A stretch of 64,000 bases of DNA from Clostridiales bacterium (GTDB lineage: Bacteria; Bacillota; Clostridia; Lachnospirales; Lachnospiraceae): positions 24,137 to 88,136 of the forward strand of contig JAAYNV010000025.1 of the NCBI GenBank assembly GCA_012520645.1, given 5' to 3'. Made by a program: the position numbers and the translations under genes. Shown here one piece after another: positions 21,576-31,090 of the stretch (positions within the stretch are counted from its first letter, which is position 1; every line of letters begins with the position of its first letter). The notes below the pieces were generated by a model, which was given only the letters and a program-made list of their open reading frames with translations, searched no databases and was not told where the DNA came from.

Positions 21576-21591
21576 TTTCGTGTAATCATGG

Positions 21592-21664
21592 GGGCGATTA
21601 GCTCAGTCGGTAGAGCACCTGACTTTTAATCAGGTTGTCGGGGGTTCGAATCCCCCATCGCTCA
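21592..21664 (+). tRNA. tRNA-Lys (anticodon UUU)
   Basis: The acceptor stem pairs GGGCGAT with ATCGCTC, the anticodon loop is CTTTTAA and the T-loop is TTCGAAT. Confidence 0.85.
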
Positions 21665-21673
21665 GGAAAGCAG

Positions 21674-21706
21674 AAGCGTAGAAACGTAGAGTTCTACGCT
21701 TTTTTC
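21674..21706 (+). terminator. Terminator of the tRNA cluster
   Basis: Perfect 10-bp stem: AAGCGTAGAA (21674-21683) pairs with TTCTACGCTT (21692-21701), followed by a T-run. Confidence 0.75.
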
Positions 21707-21745
21707 TAATTTAAATGTAAAGAGAATACGAAGGGAGAAACACAA

Positions 21746-22327
21746 ATGAGTCTATTCACACTTTTTGTACTGGCAGTGGGGCTGTCTATGGATGCCTTTG
21801 CAGTGTCGGTCTGTAAGGGACTTGCAATGCGTAAGGTTACCGTGGGAAAAATGGCGCTTGTGGGCGCCTGGTTTGGCGGATTTCAGGCACTGATGCCGGC
21901 AATTGGTTATGTGCTTGGATGTCAGTTTAAAGAAAGGATCATGGCAGTGGATCACTGGATTGCGTTTGTACTGCTGGCTTTTATCGGCATCAACATGATT
22001 CGGGAATCTGCAGGAAAAGAAAAGGAAGAACAAAGCTGCGGGAATGAAACGGAAGGCGAATCCCTAAAGCCGCGCGCCATGTTTGTGCTGGCAGTGGCAA
22101 CCAGTATTGATGCACTTGCGGTTGGTATTACCTTTGCTTTTCTGGAGGTGAATATCATGGCGGCAATGCTCTTTATCGGAGTGATTACCTTTGCTCTTTC
22201 CATGGTGGGAGTAAAGGTCGGCAATGTATTTGGAACAAAGTACAAATCCAGGGCAGAGCTTTCTGGAGGTGTGATTCTGGTGCTGCTTGGCATTAAGATT
22301 TTATTGGAGCATATGGGAATTATATAA
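21746..22327 (+). CDS. mntP: Manganese efflux pump MntP
   Basis: 193 aa. The N-terminus ([17 protein letters not shown]) and the repeated second half ([14 protein letters not shown]) fit the MntP/YebN family. Confidence 0.85.
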   Translation: MSLFTLFVLAVGLSMDAFAVSVCKGLAMRKVTVGKMALVGAWFGGFQALMPAIGYVLGCQFKERIMAVDHWIAFVLLAFIGINMIRESAGKEKEEQSCGNETEGESLKPRAMFVLAVATSIDALAVGITFAFLEVNIMAAMLFIGVITFALSMVGVKVGNVFGTKYKSRAELSGGVILVLLGIKILLEHMGII

Positions 22328-22401
22328 AAGCCTTGTATAATCATTTATATTCATCTATAATAGGCATACTGTGTTTATCGTAGAGACAAAGGAGGAAGCT
22401 T

Positions 22402-23775
22402 ATGAGTGAAAGGTTGAAAAGTGAACAGCAGGAGAATAAGATGGGCGTTATGCCGGTCAATAAGCTGCTTTTATCCATGTCACTGCCGATGATGATTTCC
22501 ATGCTCGTGCAGGCATTGTATAATATCATAGACAGTATTTTTGTAGCCAGGATCAATGAGAATGCTCTTTCGGCAGTTTCGCTTGCTTTTCCGCTGCAGA
22601 GTCTGATGATCGCAATGGGAGCCGGTACAGGAGTTGGTGTCAATGCAGTGCTTTCCAAGGCACTGGGAGAAAAGAATTTCCGAAAGGCGAACAGTGCAGC
22701 AGAGCATGGAGTTTTTCTTGCGGTTGTTTCTTATATCATTTTCGTGGTGCTTGGATTTTTTGCAGTCCGACCGTTTTATCATTCACAGACTGCGGATGTG
22801 CAGATTGTGGAATATGGGGTTTCCTATCTGACAATCTGTTGTGTATGTTCGTTTGGGCTTTTTACGCAGATGATTTTCGAAAGACTTCTGCAGTCCACGG
22901 GAAAGACAATCTATACAATGATCACACAGGGAACCGGAGCCATTATTAATATTATTCTGGATCCGATTTTGATTTTCGGATATTTTGGAATGCCCCAAAT
23001 GGGAGTTGCAGGAGCAGCAGTGGCTACGGTAGCGGGACAGATTGTAGCGGGAATCCTTGCGGTGCTGTTTCACTTTCGGAAAAATCATGAAGTAAAGATT
23101 AATTTGAAGCGTTTCAGACCGGAAAGGAAAATGATCCTGCATATTTATGAGGTTGGTATTCCTTCTATCATAATGCAGGCAATCGGTTCGGTCATGGTAT
23201 ATGGTATGAATCGGATTTTAATTTCTTTTACCTCAACGGCAACGGCAGTATTCGGAGTCTATTTCAAGCTGCAGAGCTTTATCTTTATGCCGGTGTTTGG
23301 TCTGAATAATGGTATGGTACCCATCCTTGCTTATAATTACGGCGCACGCAATAAGGAGCGCATGTTAAAGACCATAAAGCTGAGTATCTGCTATGCGGTT
23401 TCGGTTATGCTGGCAGGGCTGATTGTGATGGAACTGATACCGGACAGGCTTTTGATGCTGTTTAGCGCTTCGGAGACGATGATTGCCATGGGAGTGCCGG
23501 CACTTCGTATTATCTGCTTAAGCTTTGTATTTGCGGGATTCTGCATCATTTGCGGGAGTGTATTTCAGGCACTTGGAAACGGTGTGTACAGTATGCTCGT
23601 ATCGATTGCAAGACAGCTTATAGTGCTTCTGCCTGTGGCATATCTGCTTTCCAGAATCGGAAATGTGAATTATGTGTGGTGGTCCTTTCCGATTGCGGAA
23701 ATTGCATCTCTGACTATGACCATTTTTTTTCTGATTCGAATCAATAGGAAAATCATATCGCAGATAGAGGAATAG
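22402..23775 (+). CDS. MATE family efflux transporter
   Basis: 457 aa with AGGAGG upstream and 12 predicted transmembrane spans. The N-terminus is MATE-like (MPVNKLLLSMSLPMMISMLVQALYNIIDSIFV). Confidence 0.88.
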   Translation: MSERLKSEQQENKMGVMPVNKLLLSMSLPMMISMLVQALYNIIDSIFVARINENALSAVSLAFPLQSLMIAMGAGTGVGVNAVLSKALGEKNFRKANSAAEHGVFLAVVSYIIFVVLGFFAVRPFYHSQTADVQIVEYGVSYLTICCVCSFGLFTQMIFERLLQSTGKTIYTMITQGTGAIINIILDPILIFGYFGMPQMGVAGAAVATVAGQIVAGILAVLFHFRKNHEVKINLKRFRPERKMILHIYEVGIPSIIMQAIGSVMVYGMNRILISFTSTATAVFGVYFKLQSFIFMPVFGLNNGMVPILAYNYGARNKERMLKTIKLSICYAVSVMLAGLIVMELIPDRLLMLFSASETMIAMGVPALRIICLSFVFAGFCIICGSVFQALGNGVYSMLVSIARQLIVLLPVAYLLSRIGNVNYVWWSFPIAEIASLTMTIFFLIRINRKIISQIEE

Positions 23776-23843
23776 GGCATAAAAAAGGCGGGCAACAGAA
23801 ACTTGAAAAGGTTCAGATTCTGCCGCCCGCATTCCGGAAGTCA

Positions 23844-23923
23844 TGCGGGCAACAGGACTTGAACCTGCACGGTCTCCCACCAGAACCTAAATCTGGAGCG
23901 TCTGCCAATTCCGCCATGCCCGC
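23844..23923 (-). tRNA. tRNA-Leu (anticodon UAG)
   Basis: The reverse complement folds with an acceptor stem pairing GCGGGCA with TGCCCGC, an anticodon loop TTTAGGT, a long variable arm and a T-loop TTCAAGT. A hairpin at 23788-23830 followed by a T-run on the minus strand acts as its terminator. Confidence 0.8.
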
Positions 23924-24010
23924 TTGTGATACAAAGTGCAACATACAGATTATATATCATTGTTGATAGGAAAGTCAATTATAAAATACGAACTTGCAAA
24001 GGAGAAAAAT

Positions 24011-24952
24011 ATGGAGATATTGTTACAGGCCGCTTTACTTGTGGTTGGATTTGTAATGTTAGTCAAAGGAGCCGACTGGTTTGTGGAAGGGGCATCCAAG
24101 ATTGCGGATCATTTCGGGATTCCGCAGTTGATCATCGGTCTGACGATCGTGGCGTTTGGAACAAGTGTGCCGGAGGCGGCAGTCAGTATAACGGCGGCGA
24201 TGGGCGGGAGCGCTTCCATTACAATAGGTAATGTACTGGGCAGTAATATTCTGAATATACTGATCATTCTTGGCATTACCTCGGTGATCGTACCACTGAC
24301 GGTTCAGAAGTCTACCCTGCGTTATGAAATCCCGTTTGTCATTTTTGCTTCTGTACTGCTTCCTGTGTTAGGGCTCAAGGACGGGACAGTCTCACGGATG
24401 GACGGTGTGATATTGTGGCTGGGAATGCTTTTTTTTATCATGTATTTATTATATATGGCAAAACACGGAAACGGACTGGGCGGGGATGTGCCGGAAGCAG
24501 AAGAGGGAGAGAGTGTGCTTAAAATGCTTTTTCTGGTTGCCGTCGGCATGGTGATGATCGTATGGGGAGCGGATATTTCGGTAGATGCAGCAACTTCGCT
24601 TGCCAGAATTTTCGGTATGAGTGAACGGTTCATCGGTCTGACGATTGTGGCACTCGGAACTTCACTGCCTGAGCTGATTACTTCAGTGACAGCCGGGCTG
24701 AAGGGCAAAGCGGATATTGCAGTCGGCAATATTGTGGGTAGTAATATCTTCAATCTGCTGTTTGTAGTCGGTACAGCGGCGCTCATTACACCGGTGGAAT
24801 ATGCGCCAAGATTTACGGTGGACAGCATCGTGGCAATTGCAGCGGCAGTATTGCTTTTTATCTGTGTGATAAAGGACCGGAAGTTAAAGCGCGCAGGCGG
24901 TGTAATTATGCTGGCTGGTTATGCGGCATATTTTGTTTATTTAATTAGTTGA
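24011..24952 (+). CDS. Calcium/sodium antiporter (CaCA family, YrbG-like)
   Basis: Start moved to the ATG at 24011 (AAAGGAGA upstream). There are two alpha-repeats (AFGTSVPEAAVS and ALGTSLPELITS). Confidence 0.85.
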   Translation: MEILLQAALLVVGFVMLVKGADWFVEGASKIADHFGIPQLIIGLTIVAFGTSVPEAAVSITAAMGGSASITIGNVLGSNILNILIILGITSVIVPLTVQKSTLRYEIPFVIFASVLLPVLGLKDGTVSRMDGVILWLGMLFFIMYLLYMAKHGNGLGGDVPEAEEGESVLKMLFLVAVGMVMIVWGADISVDAATSLARIFGMSERFIGLTIVALGTSLPELITSVTAGLKGKADIAVGNIVGSNIFNLLFVVGTAALITPVEYAPRFTVDSIVAIAAAVLLFICVIKDRKLKRAGGVIMLAGYAAYFVYLIS

Positions 24953-24977
24953 ACTTGCCCGAAAATTCTGCTATAAT
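24949..24977 (+). promoter_or_regulatory. Sigma-A promoter of the phosphofructokinase gene
   Basis: TTGAAC (24949-24954), a 17-nt spacer, then TATAAT (24972-24977). The 10-of-12 palindrome CGTTTTGAAACG follows directly at 24978-24989. Confidence 0.55.
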
Positions 24978-25040
24978 CGTTTTGAAACGGGCACTGAATA
25001 CATGCCCCAAACAGTAAAGAGAATAGAAGGAGATGTCAGC

Positions 25041-26273
25041 ATGAAAGGTAATATCGTAGTTGGACAGTCTGGCGGCCCTACAGCCGTTATCAACTCATCT
25101 GTAGCAGGTGTTTATGCCGCTGCTAAGAAATTAGGCGTGAAAAAAGTATATGGTATGGTACATGGTATTGAGGGATTTTTAGAGGACAAGCTCTATGACC
25201 TTGATTTATCTTTATCCGAAGAGGAAGGAATCGAATTATTAAAGAGAACTCCTTCCGCATTTTTAGGCTCCTGCCGTTTCAAGATGCCCAAGATCGAAGG
25301 ACATGAAGATGTTTACGAGAAGGTATTTGAAATCATGGAGAGGCATGATATCGAGTGCTTGTTCTACTGTGGCGGAAATGATTCCATGGATACCGTTAAG
25401 ATGTTATCTGATTACGCAGCAGCACATGGAAAAACCCAGAGATTCATGGGTGTTCCGAAGACCATCGATAACGATCTGCCGATCACAGACCACTGCCCGG
25501 GCTACGGCTCTGCAGCAAAATATATTGCAACATCCATGAAAGAGATTATCCGTGACAACGAGTCCTTCGGTGCTAAGAAGCCGACCGTATGTATCGTTGA
25601 GATCATGGGACGTAACGCAGGCTGGTTAACAGCAGCAGCAGCTCTTGCCAAGGGAACTGACTGCAGCGGTGCAGATGCCATCTACTTACCGGAGAAGACT
25701 TTTGATATCGATGCGTTTATGGCGAAGGTAAAAGATCTGGCAGCTGCCAGATCTTCCGTAGTAATCGCTGTATCGGAAGGTGTTAAGGTTGCAGACGGTC
25801 GTTACGTATGTGAACTTGCAAATGAGAACATTGCAGTAGATGCTTTCGGACACAAGCAGATGTCCGGTACAGCTGCTTATCTTGCGCAGTTAGTAGCAGC
25901 AGAGACAGGATTAAAGACCAGAGCAGTTGAGTTCTCTACCTTACAGAGAGCCGCTACACATCTTGCTTCTTTAACTGATATCAACGAAGCATTCCAGGTA
26001 GGTCACGATGCAGTTATGGCTGCAGAAGAAGGCAAGACCGGTATGATGATCACATTAGACAGAAATGGTGACGATCCGTATCAGTGTGGTACAAGCGCAT
26101 ATGATATTCATGCCATCGCTAACGTGGAGAGACCGGTTCCGGCTGAGTGGATTACAGAGGATGGATGCAACTTAAATGAAGGCTATGAGAAATATGCAAG
26201 ACCGCTTATTATGGGCGAGTTACAGCCGCTGTTCGTAAATGGTACACCGAGACATCTTGTAATGAAGAAATAG
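25041..26273 (+). CDS. pfp: Phosphofructokinase, predicted pyrophosphate-dependent (PfkA family)
   Basis: Start at the ATG at 25041 (GAAGGAG upstream). Motifs GQSGGPTAVINSS, GGNDS, VPKTIDND and MGRNAG are present. The Asp in GGxDS and the Lys in PKTIDND are the residues associated with PPi rather than ATP use. Confidence 0.8.
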   Translation: MKGNIVVGQSGGPTAVINSSVAGVYAAAKKLGVKKVYGMVHGIEGFLEDKLYDLDLSLSEEEGIELLKRTPSAFLGSCRFKMPKIEGHEDVYEKVFEIMERHDIECLFYCGGNDSMDTVKMLSDYAAAHGKTQRFMGVPKTIDNDLPITDHCPGYGSAAKYIATSMKEIIRDNESFGAKKPTVCIVEIMGRNAGWLTAAAALAKGTDCSGADAIYLPEKTFDIDAFMAKVKDLAAARSSVVIAVSEGVKVADGRYVCELANENIAVDAFGHKQMSGTAAYLAQLVAAETGLKTRAVEFSTLQRAATHLASLTDINEAFQVGHDAVMAAEEGKTGMMITLDRNGDDPYQCGTSAYDIHAIANVERPVPAEWITEDGCNLNEGYEKYARPLIMGELQPLFVNGTPRHLVMKK

Positions 26274-26309
26274 TGGCTTCTGTTACAGGTGCATAAGAAC
26301 AGAATTCAG

Positions 26310-26337
26310 GGCACAGGATTTTATCCTGTGCCTTTTT
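26310..26337 (+). terminator. Terminator after the phosphofructokinase gene
   Basis: GGCACAGGA (26310-26318) pairs with TCCTGTGCC (26324-26332) and is followed by TTTTT. Confidence 0.75.
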
Positions 26338-26438
26338 GCGTGCAAAAACACCGTTAGATAGAAAAATTACCTAAACTATTGATTAAATTCTTAAATATGT
26401 TAATATGAATTTAACTATTTAAGTAGGAGGAACAGAAA

Positions 26439-28643
26439 ATGGGTATTGTATTTGAGGAAAAACAGCGTGTATTTAAGCTGGATGCAGGGGATACGACTTA
26501 CATGATCGGACTTGCGGGAGAAGAAGGATTTGCCGGGCATCTTTATTTTGGAAAGAGGCTGAATGACTGTATGACGGATGATCTGCTTCGAGTCACGGAG
26601 CCGCCTTTTGCACCGGATACTAATAATAGAGACCGGATTTCCTTTATGGATGCGTTACCTTTTGAGTATGCGTCCCATGGTGTTGGAGACTTTCGGGATT
26701 CTTCGATCAGAGTGCGTACCGTGGGAGGAACAACGGCGGTATCTCCGGTCTATCATTCTCATAAAATATACGCCGGAAAGCCGGGCATCGACGGGATGCC
26801 GGCGGTATTTGGAAAGGAAGAGGAATGTATGACACTGGAGCTTATGCTGAAGGATGAGGCATTAAAGCTTAAGGTCGTACTGTATTATACTGTATTTGAA
26901 AAACTTCCGGTGATTGTACGTCATGCAAAGATATGTAACGAAAGTGAGAATACGCTGTGGCTGACCAAAGCCATGTCGGCATGTCTGGATATGGACAACC
27001 GGGATTATGAAATGATTACGCTGCATGGTGCATGGGCCAGGGAAAGACATATACAGCGCCAAAAGATCGGTTACGGAAGTCAGGGAGTGGAATCGCTGCG
27101 CGGGGAAACAGGACATCAGGAACAGCCGTTTCTGGCTGTGTGCGCACCGGAGGCAACGCAGAGAAGCGGAGAGGTTTATGGCTTCCACCTGATCTATTCC
27201 GGAAACTTTAAAGTGAGAGCACAGATCAATCAGTTTGACCTTTTACGTGTGAATATCGGTATCAATGATGAGGATTTTACATGGCAGTTAAAGCAGGGAG
27301 AGAGTTTTGATACACCGGAGGCAGTGCTTGTCTATTCGGATCAGGGCATAGGCGGTATGAGCCGGGCATTCCATGATCTGTACCGGAATCATCTGATCCG
27401 CAGCCCGTATGTATTTGAAAAGCGGCCGGTTCTGATTAATAACTGGGAAGCAACTTATTTTGATTTTAATACGGAGAAACTTTTGCAGATCGCAGAGAAG
27501 GCGGCGGAAAGCGGTATTGAAATGCTTGTCATGGATGATGGCTGGTTTGGCCACAGAGAGGATGACAATTCTTCTCTGGGGGACTGGTATGTAAATGAGG
27601 AAAAAATAAAAGGCGGGCTGAAAAATCTGGTAGACAAGGTCAATGCGTTAGGACTGAAATTCGGTATCTGGTTTGAGCCGGAAATGATCTCACCGGATTC
27701 GGAGCTTTACAGGGAGCATCCGGACTGGGCAATCGCCATTCCGGGAAGGACACCGTCTATGGCAAGGGGACAATATGTTCTGGATCTGACCAGAAAGGAA
27801 GTCAGGGACTACATTTTTGAGCGCATGGAAGAGATTCTTTCCGGTGCGAACATTGAATATGTGAAATGGGATATGAACCGTCCGCTTTCGGATATTGCAG
27901 GAGCGAAGCTTCCGCCTGGGCAGATGGGAGAATTTTATCACCGCTATGTACTGGGTGTCTATGAGATGCAGGAACGTCTGGTGAGCCGGTTTCCGAAGCT
28001 TTTACTGGAGAACTGCTCCGGTGGTGGGGCACGCTTTGATCCGGGTATGCTGTATTACAGCCCGCAGATCTGGTGCTCGGACGATACGGATGCAATCGAG
28101 CGGCTTTCCATTCAGGAGGGTACGGCGATGATTTATCCGCTTTCCTGTATGGGCGCTCATGTGAGTGTCTGCCCGAATCATACGGTGGGACGCAATACCC
28201 CGTTTTTCACAAGAGGCATTACGGCACTCGCCGGCACCTTTGGCTATGAGCTGGATATTACAAAGCTTCCGAAAGAGGAAGTGGAAGCCATACCGGGACA
28301 GGTGGAACTGTATCACCGCTTTGCAGAACTGATTGTGCGGGGGGACTATTACCGCCTGGTCTCAACGACGGAAGGAAAGGGCTGCGACTGTTATATGGTT
28401 GTGGATAAGGAAAAGGAAAATGCCCTGCTTTCTTATGTGCAGGTACAGGGCAGACCGAACTGTCACAGCCGCAATGTGCGTATGCAGGGGCTGAAGGAAG
28501 ATGTGCTTTATACTGTTAAAGGAATCGGCGCAGATTATGAGAAAACGCTGCGTGGCGATGCACTCATGTATGCAGGGGTGCAGATTCCGGAGCTTTGGGG
28601 CGATTATCAGGGAATGCTGTTGGAAATTCATGCCCGCCGTTAG
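26439..28643 (+). CDS. Alpha-galactosidase, GH36
   Basis: 734 aa with AGGAGG upstream. Motifs YVKWDMN (nucleophile region), ENCSGGGARFD and DDGWF are present. Confidence 0.88.
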   Translation: MGIVFEEKQRVFKLDAGDTTYMIGLAGEEGFAGHLYFGKRLNDCMTDDLLRVTEPPFAPDTNNRDRISFMDALPFEYASHGVGDFRDSSIRVRTVGGTTAVSPVYHSHKIYAGKPGIDGMPAVFGKEEECMTLELMLKDEALKLKVVLYYTVFEKLPVIVRHAKICNESENTLWLTKAMSACLDMDNRDYEMITLHGAWARERHIQRQKIGYGSQGVESLRGETGHQEQPFLAVCAPEATQRSGEVYGFHLIYSGNFKVRAQINQFDLLRVNIGINDEDFTWQLKQGESFDTPEAVLVYSDQGIGGMSRAFHDLYRNHLIRSPYVFEKRPVLINNWEATYFDFNTEKLLQIAEKAAESGIEMLVMDDGWFGHREDDNSSLGDWYVNEEKIKGGLKNLVDKVNALGLKFGIWFEPEMISPDSELYREHPDWAIAIPGRTPSMARGQYVLDLTRKEVRDYIFERMEEILSGANIEYVKWDMNRPLSDIAGAKLPPGQMGEFYHRYVLGVYEMQERLVSRFPKLLLENCSGGGARFDPGMLYYSPQIWCSDDTDAIERLSIQEGTAMIYPLSCMGAHVSVCPNHTVGRNTPFFTRGITALAGTFGYELDITKLPKEEVEAIPGQVELYHRFAELIVRGDYYRLVSTTEGKGCDCYMVVDKEKENALLSYVQVQGRPNCHSRNVRMQGLKEDVLYTVKGIGADYEKTLRGDALMYAGVQIPELWGDYQGMLLEIHARR

Positions 28644-28715
28644 GCGGGCTGCCTGCCATTAGGCGGGCTGCCTGCGGATAGGCAGTTAAAAAGGATGGAA
28701 AGAAAGGATAGGATT

Positions 28716-29753
28716 ATGGCAAAACATGTTCGTATGTCGGATATTGCGGAGGTGGTCGGTGTGAGCACCGTGACCGTATCCAAGGCGCTTGGCGGACAGA
28801 AGGGTGTCAGTGATCAGGTGCGGGAGAAGATACTGAAGACCGCGGAAGAGATGGGTTATCAGAAAAATATGGTAACGGTGGATGCAGATAAGGCAAGCTA
28901 TAATATCGGGGTATTGATTCCGGAAAGATTCGTTACAAAATACGCTTCATTTTATTGGAGCATGTATCAGGAGACTGCGAAAAGAGCAGTGCAGAAAAAT
29001 TGTTTTACCATGCTGGAAATCATTGGAGAGGATAAAGAAGAGCGTGGAGGAATGCCACTGCTTTTACAGGAACAGAAGGTGAGCGGCATTCTGATCATAG
29101 GATGGACGAATAATGTTTATTTGGAAAAACTGAAAAGCCAGGTAAGGGTTCCGTTTGTCTGTATGGATTTTTATGAAGAAAATGTAGACGGAGTAAACTG
29201 TGTTTGTGACTGTGTGATTTCCAACGGTTTTTATGGAGCTTACCGGCTGACCAATTATCTGTATGGAAAGGGGCACAGTAAAATCGGTTTTGTCGGAACC
29301 TATCTTGCCACCAACAGTATTATGGACCGTTATCTGGGTTACATGAAAGCGATGCTGGAGCACCGGCTGGAGGTGCGAAAGGACTGGGTGTTAAAAGACC
29401 GTGATGAAAACAGCGGATCAATGGATGGATACCGGACCCATGTCAGACTGCCGGAGGAACTTCCGACGGCATTTGTCTGCAACTGTGACCTGACGGCAAG
29501 CTATGTGATTCGGGCGCTGAGAAAAAGGGGGATGCGTGTCCCAGAGGATGTTTCCGTGGTCGGTTTTGATAACTATCTGAATCCGGAAATGAGTGATATC
29601 GGTATTACCACATATGAGGTAGATATGAAGGGGATGGCAAAGACGGCTGTCAGCGTTCTGTTAAAGAAAATGGTTCGGAATGATTTTCATGCCGGATGCT
29701 GCATTGTGGAAGGAAGGCTGATTGAAAAGGAGAGTGTACGGGCTTTGATTTAG
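28716..29753 (+). CDS. LacI family transcriptional regulator
   Basis: I prefer the ATG at 28716, giving MAKHVRMSDIAEVVGVSTVTVSKALGG (helix-turn-helix), followed by a sugar-binding core. The epimerase gene follows 19 nt later. Confidence 0.82.
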   Translation: MAKHVRMSDIAEVVGVSTVTVSKALGGQKGVSDQVREKILKTAEEMGYQKNMVTVDADKASYNIGVLIPERFVTKYASFYWSMYQETAKRAVQKNCFTMLEIIGEDKEERGGMPLLLQEQKVSGILIIGWTNNVYLEKLKSQVRVPFVCMDFYEENVDGVNCVCDCVISNGFYGAYRLTNYLYGKGHSKIGFVGTYLATNSIMDRYLGYMKAMLEHRLEVRKDWVLKDRDENSGSMDGYRTHVRLPEELPTAFVCNCDLTASYVIRALRKRGMRVPEDVSVVGFDNYLNPEMSDIGITTYEVDMKGMAKTAVSVLLKKMVRNDFHAGCCIVEGRLIEKESVRALI

Positions 29754-29772
29754 CCCCAAAGGAGGAGAAAAG

Positions 29773-30948
29773 ATGTTAGCAGAAGAATTCAAAAAACATT
29801 TGACAGAGACAATTATTCCGTTCTGGAGCCGTTTAAAGGATGAGGAGAACGGTGGATTCTACGGTTATATGGATTATGATAAGAATCTGGATAAAAAAGC
29901 AGTCAAAGGCTGTATCTTAAACAGCCGGATCGTATGGTTTTATTCCAATGCGTATATGCTTTTCCAGGATGAGAAGCTGTTAAGGCTTGCAGAGCACGGC
30001 TATCGTTTCCTGAAGGAGCATTGTCTGGATAAAGAGGAAGGCGGTATTTACTGGTCTGTTACTTATGACGGAAAGCCGGAGGATACGACCAAACATACCT
30101 ATAACCAGGCGTTTGCCATCTATGCGCTATCTTCCTATTATGATGCTTCTAAAGAGAAAGAAGCACTGGAACTGGCAGGAGAACTGCTTCATATAATTGA
30201 AGAAAGGTGTACGGATGCAATCGGTTACAAGGAGGCCTTTGACCGGAGTTTCCATGAAATTGAGAATGACAAGCTTTCCGAGAACGGTGTGATTGCGGAA
30301 AAGACGATGAACACTTTGCTGCATATTTTCGAGGCATATACGGAATATTACCGTGTAAGCGGTGATAAGACGGCAAAGGAAAGACTGATGTGGGCGATGG
30401 ACACGGTTGCAGAGAAAATTTATAATCCGGGACTTAGAAGACAGGAGGTGTTCTTTGACCGTGAAATGAACAGCATCATTGATCTGCATTCCTATGGACA
30501 TGATATCGAAACTGCCTGGCTGATTGACCGCGGAGTTGAAATTCTGGGAGAGCCGGACTATGAGAAGAAGATGTATCCGATTACCGAGGCACTGACTGCA
30601 CAGGTATATAGAACGGCATATGACAATCATTCCCTTGCCAATGAATGCGAAAAGGGAGTTGTGGATGAAAACAGAATCTGGTGGGTACAGGCAGAGGCTG
30701 TAGTCGGTTTCTACAACGGCTGGCAGAGGCATCCCGAAAGAAAGGAGTACCTGCAGGCAGCAGAGAATATCTGGGACTTTATCAAAACATATGTGGTGGA
30801 TCCAAGAGAGGGGACCGAGTGGTTCTGGAGGGTTTCTAAAGATGGTTTGCCGGATACGGAAAAACCGATCGTAGAGCCGTGGAAATGTCCGTATCATAAC
30901 GGAAGAATGTGTATGGAGATTATAAAGAGGAGTACGCTGAACCGGTAA
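29773..30948 (+). CDS. Cellobiose/mannobiose 2-epimerase (N-acylglucosamine 2-epimerase superfamily)
   Basis: 391 aa with GGAGGAG upstream. Similarity to Ruminococcus albus cellobiose 2-epimerase, as I remember it, runs end to end (IIPFWSRLKDEENGGFYGY, HSYGHDIETAWL, WWVQAEAVVGF, PWKCPYHNGRMCMEI). Confidence 0.82.
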   Translation: MLAEEFKKHLTETIIPFWSRLKDEENGGFYGYMDYDKNLDKKAVKGCILNSRIVWFYSNAYMLFQDEKLLRLAEHGYRFLKEHCLDKEEGGIYWSVTYDGKPEDTTKHTYNQAFAIYALSSYYDASKEKEALELAGELLHIIEERCTDAIGYKEAFDRSFHEIENDKLSENGVIAEKTMNTLLHIFEAYTEYYRVSGDKTAKERLMWAMDTVAEKIYNPGLRRQEVFFDREMNSIIDLHSYGHDIETAWLIDRGVEILGEPDYEKKMYPITEALTAQVYRTAYDNHSLANECEKGVVDENRIWWVQAEAVVGFYNGWQRHPERKEYLQAAENIWDFIKTYVVDPREGTEWFWRVSKDGLPDTEKPIVEPWKCPYHNGRMCMEIIKRSTLNR

Positions 30949-31018
30949 GGGTTAACAGACAGAAAGCAAAAAGCGGATTCTTTTGTATTGCAGAGAATCC
31001 GCTTTTGCAGTATACTGA

Positions 31019-31034
31019 TGGAAAACGATTTCCA
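31019..31034. promoter_or_regulatory. Putative LacI-type operator TGGAAAACGATTTCCA
   Basis: A 14-of-16 palindrome placed 2 nt downstream of a TTGCAG-17-TATACT promoter (30988-31016) and 57 nt upstream of the LacI gene at 31091. Confidence 0.45.
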
Positions 31035-31090
31035 AAGATGAGCAGATTTTTTACTACAGATGTTTACTTTTTCATGAAAGGACAATACGC

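Noticed and set aside
21665-21745. Possible yybP-ykoY manganese riboswitch upstream of mntP
   Set aside because: Only about 80 nt separate tRNA-Lys from the mntP start. About 33 nt of that is the tRNA-cluster terminator. That leaves too little room for the four-way-junction aptamer, and no conserved riboswitch blocks were seen.
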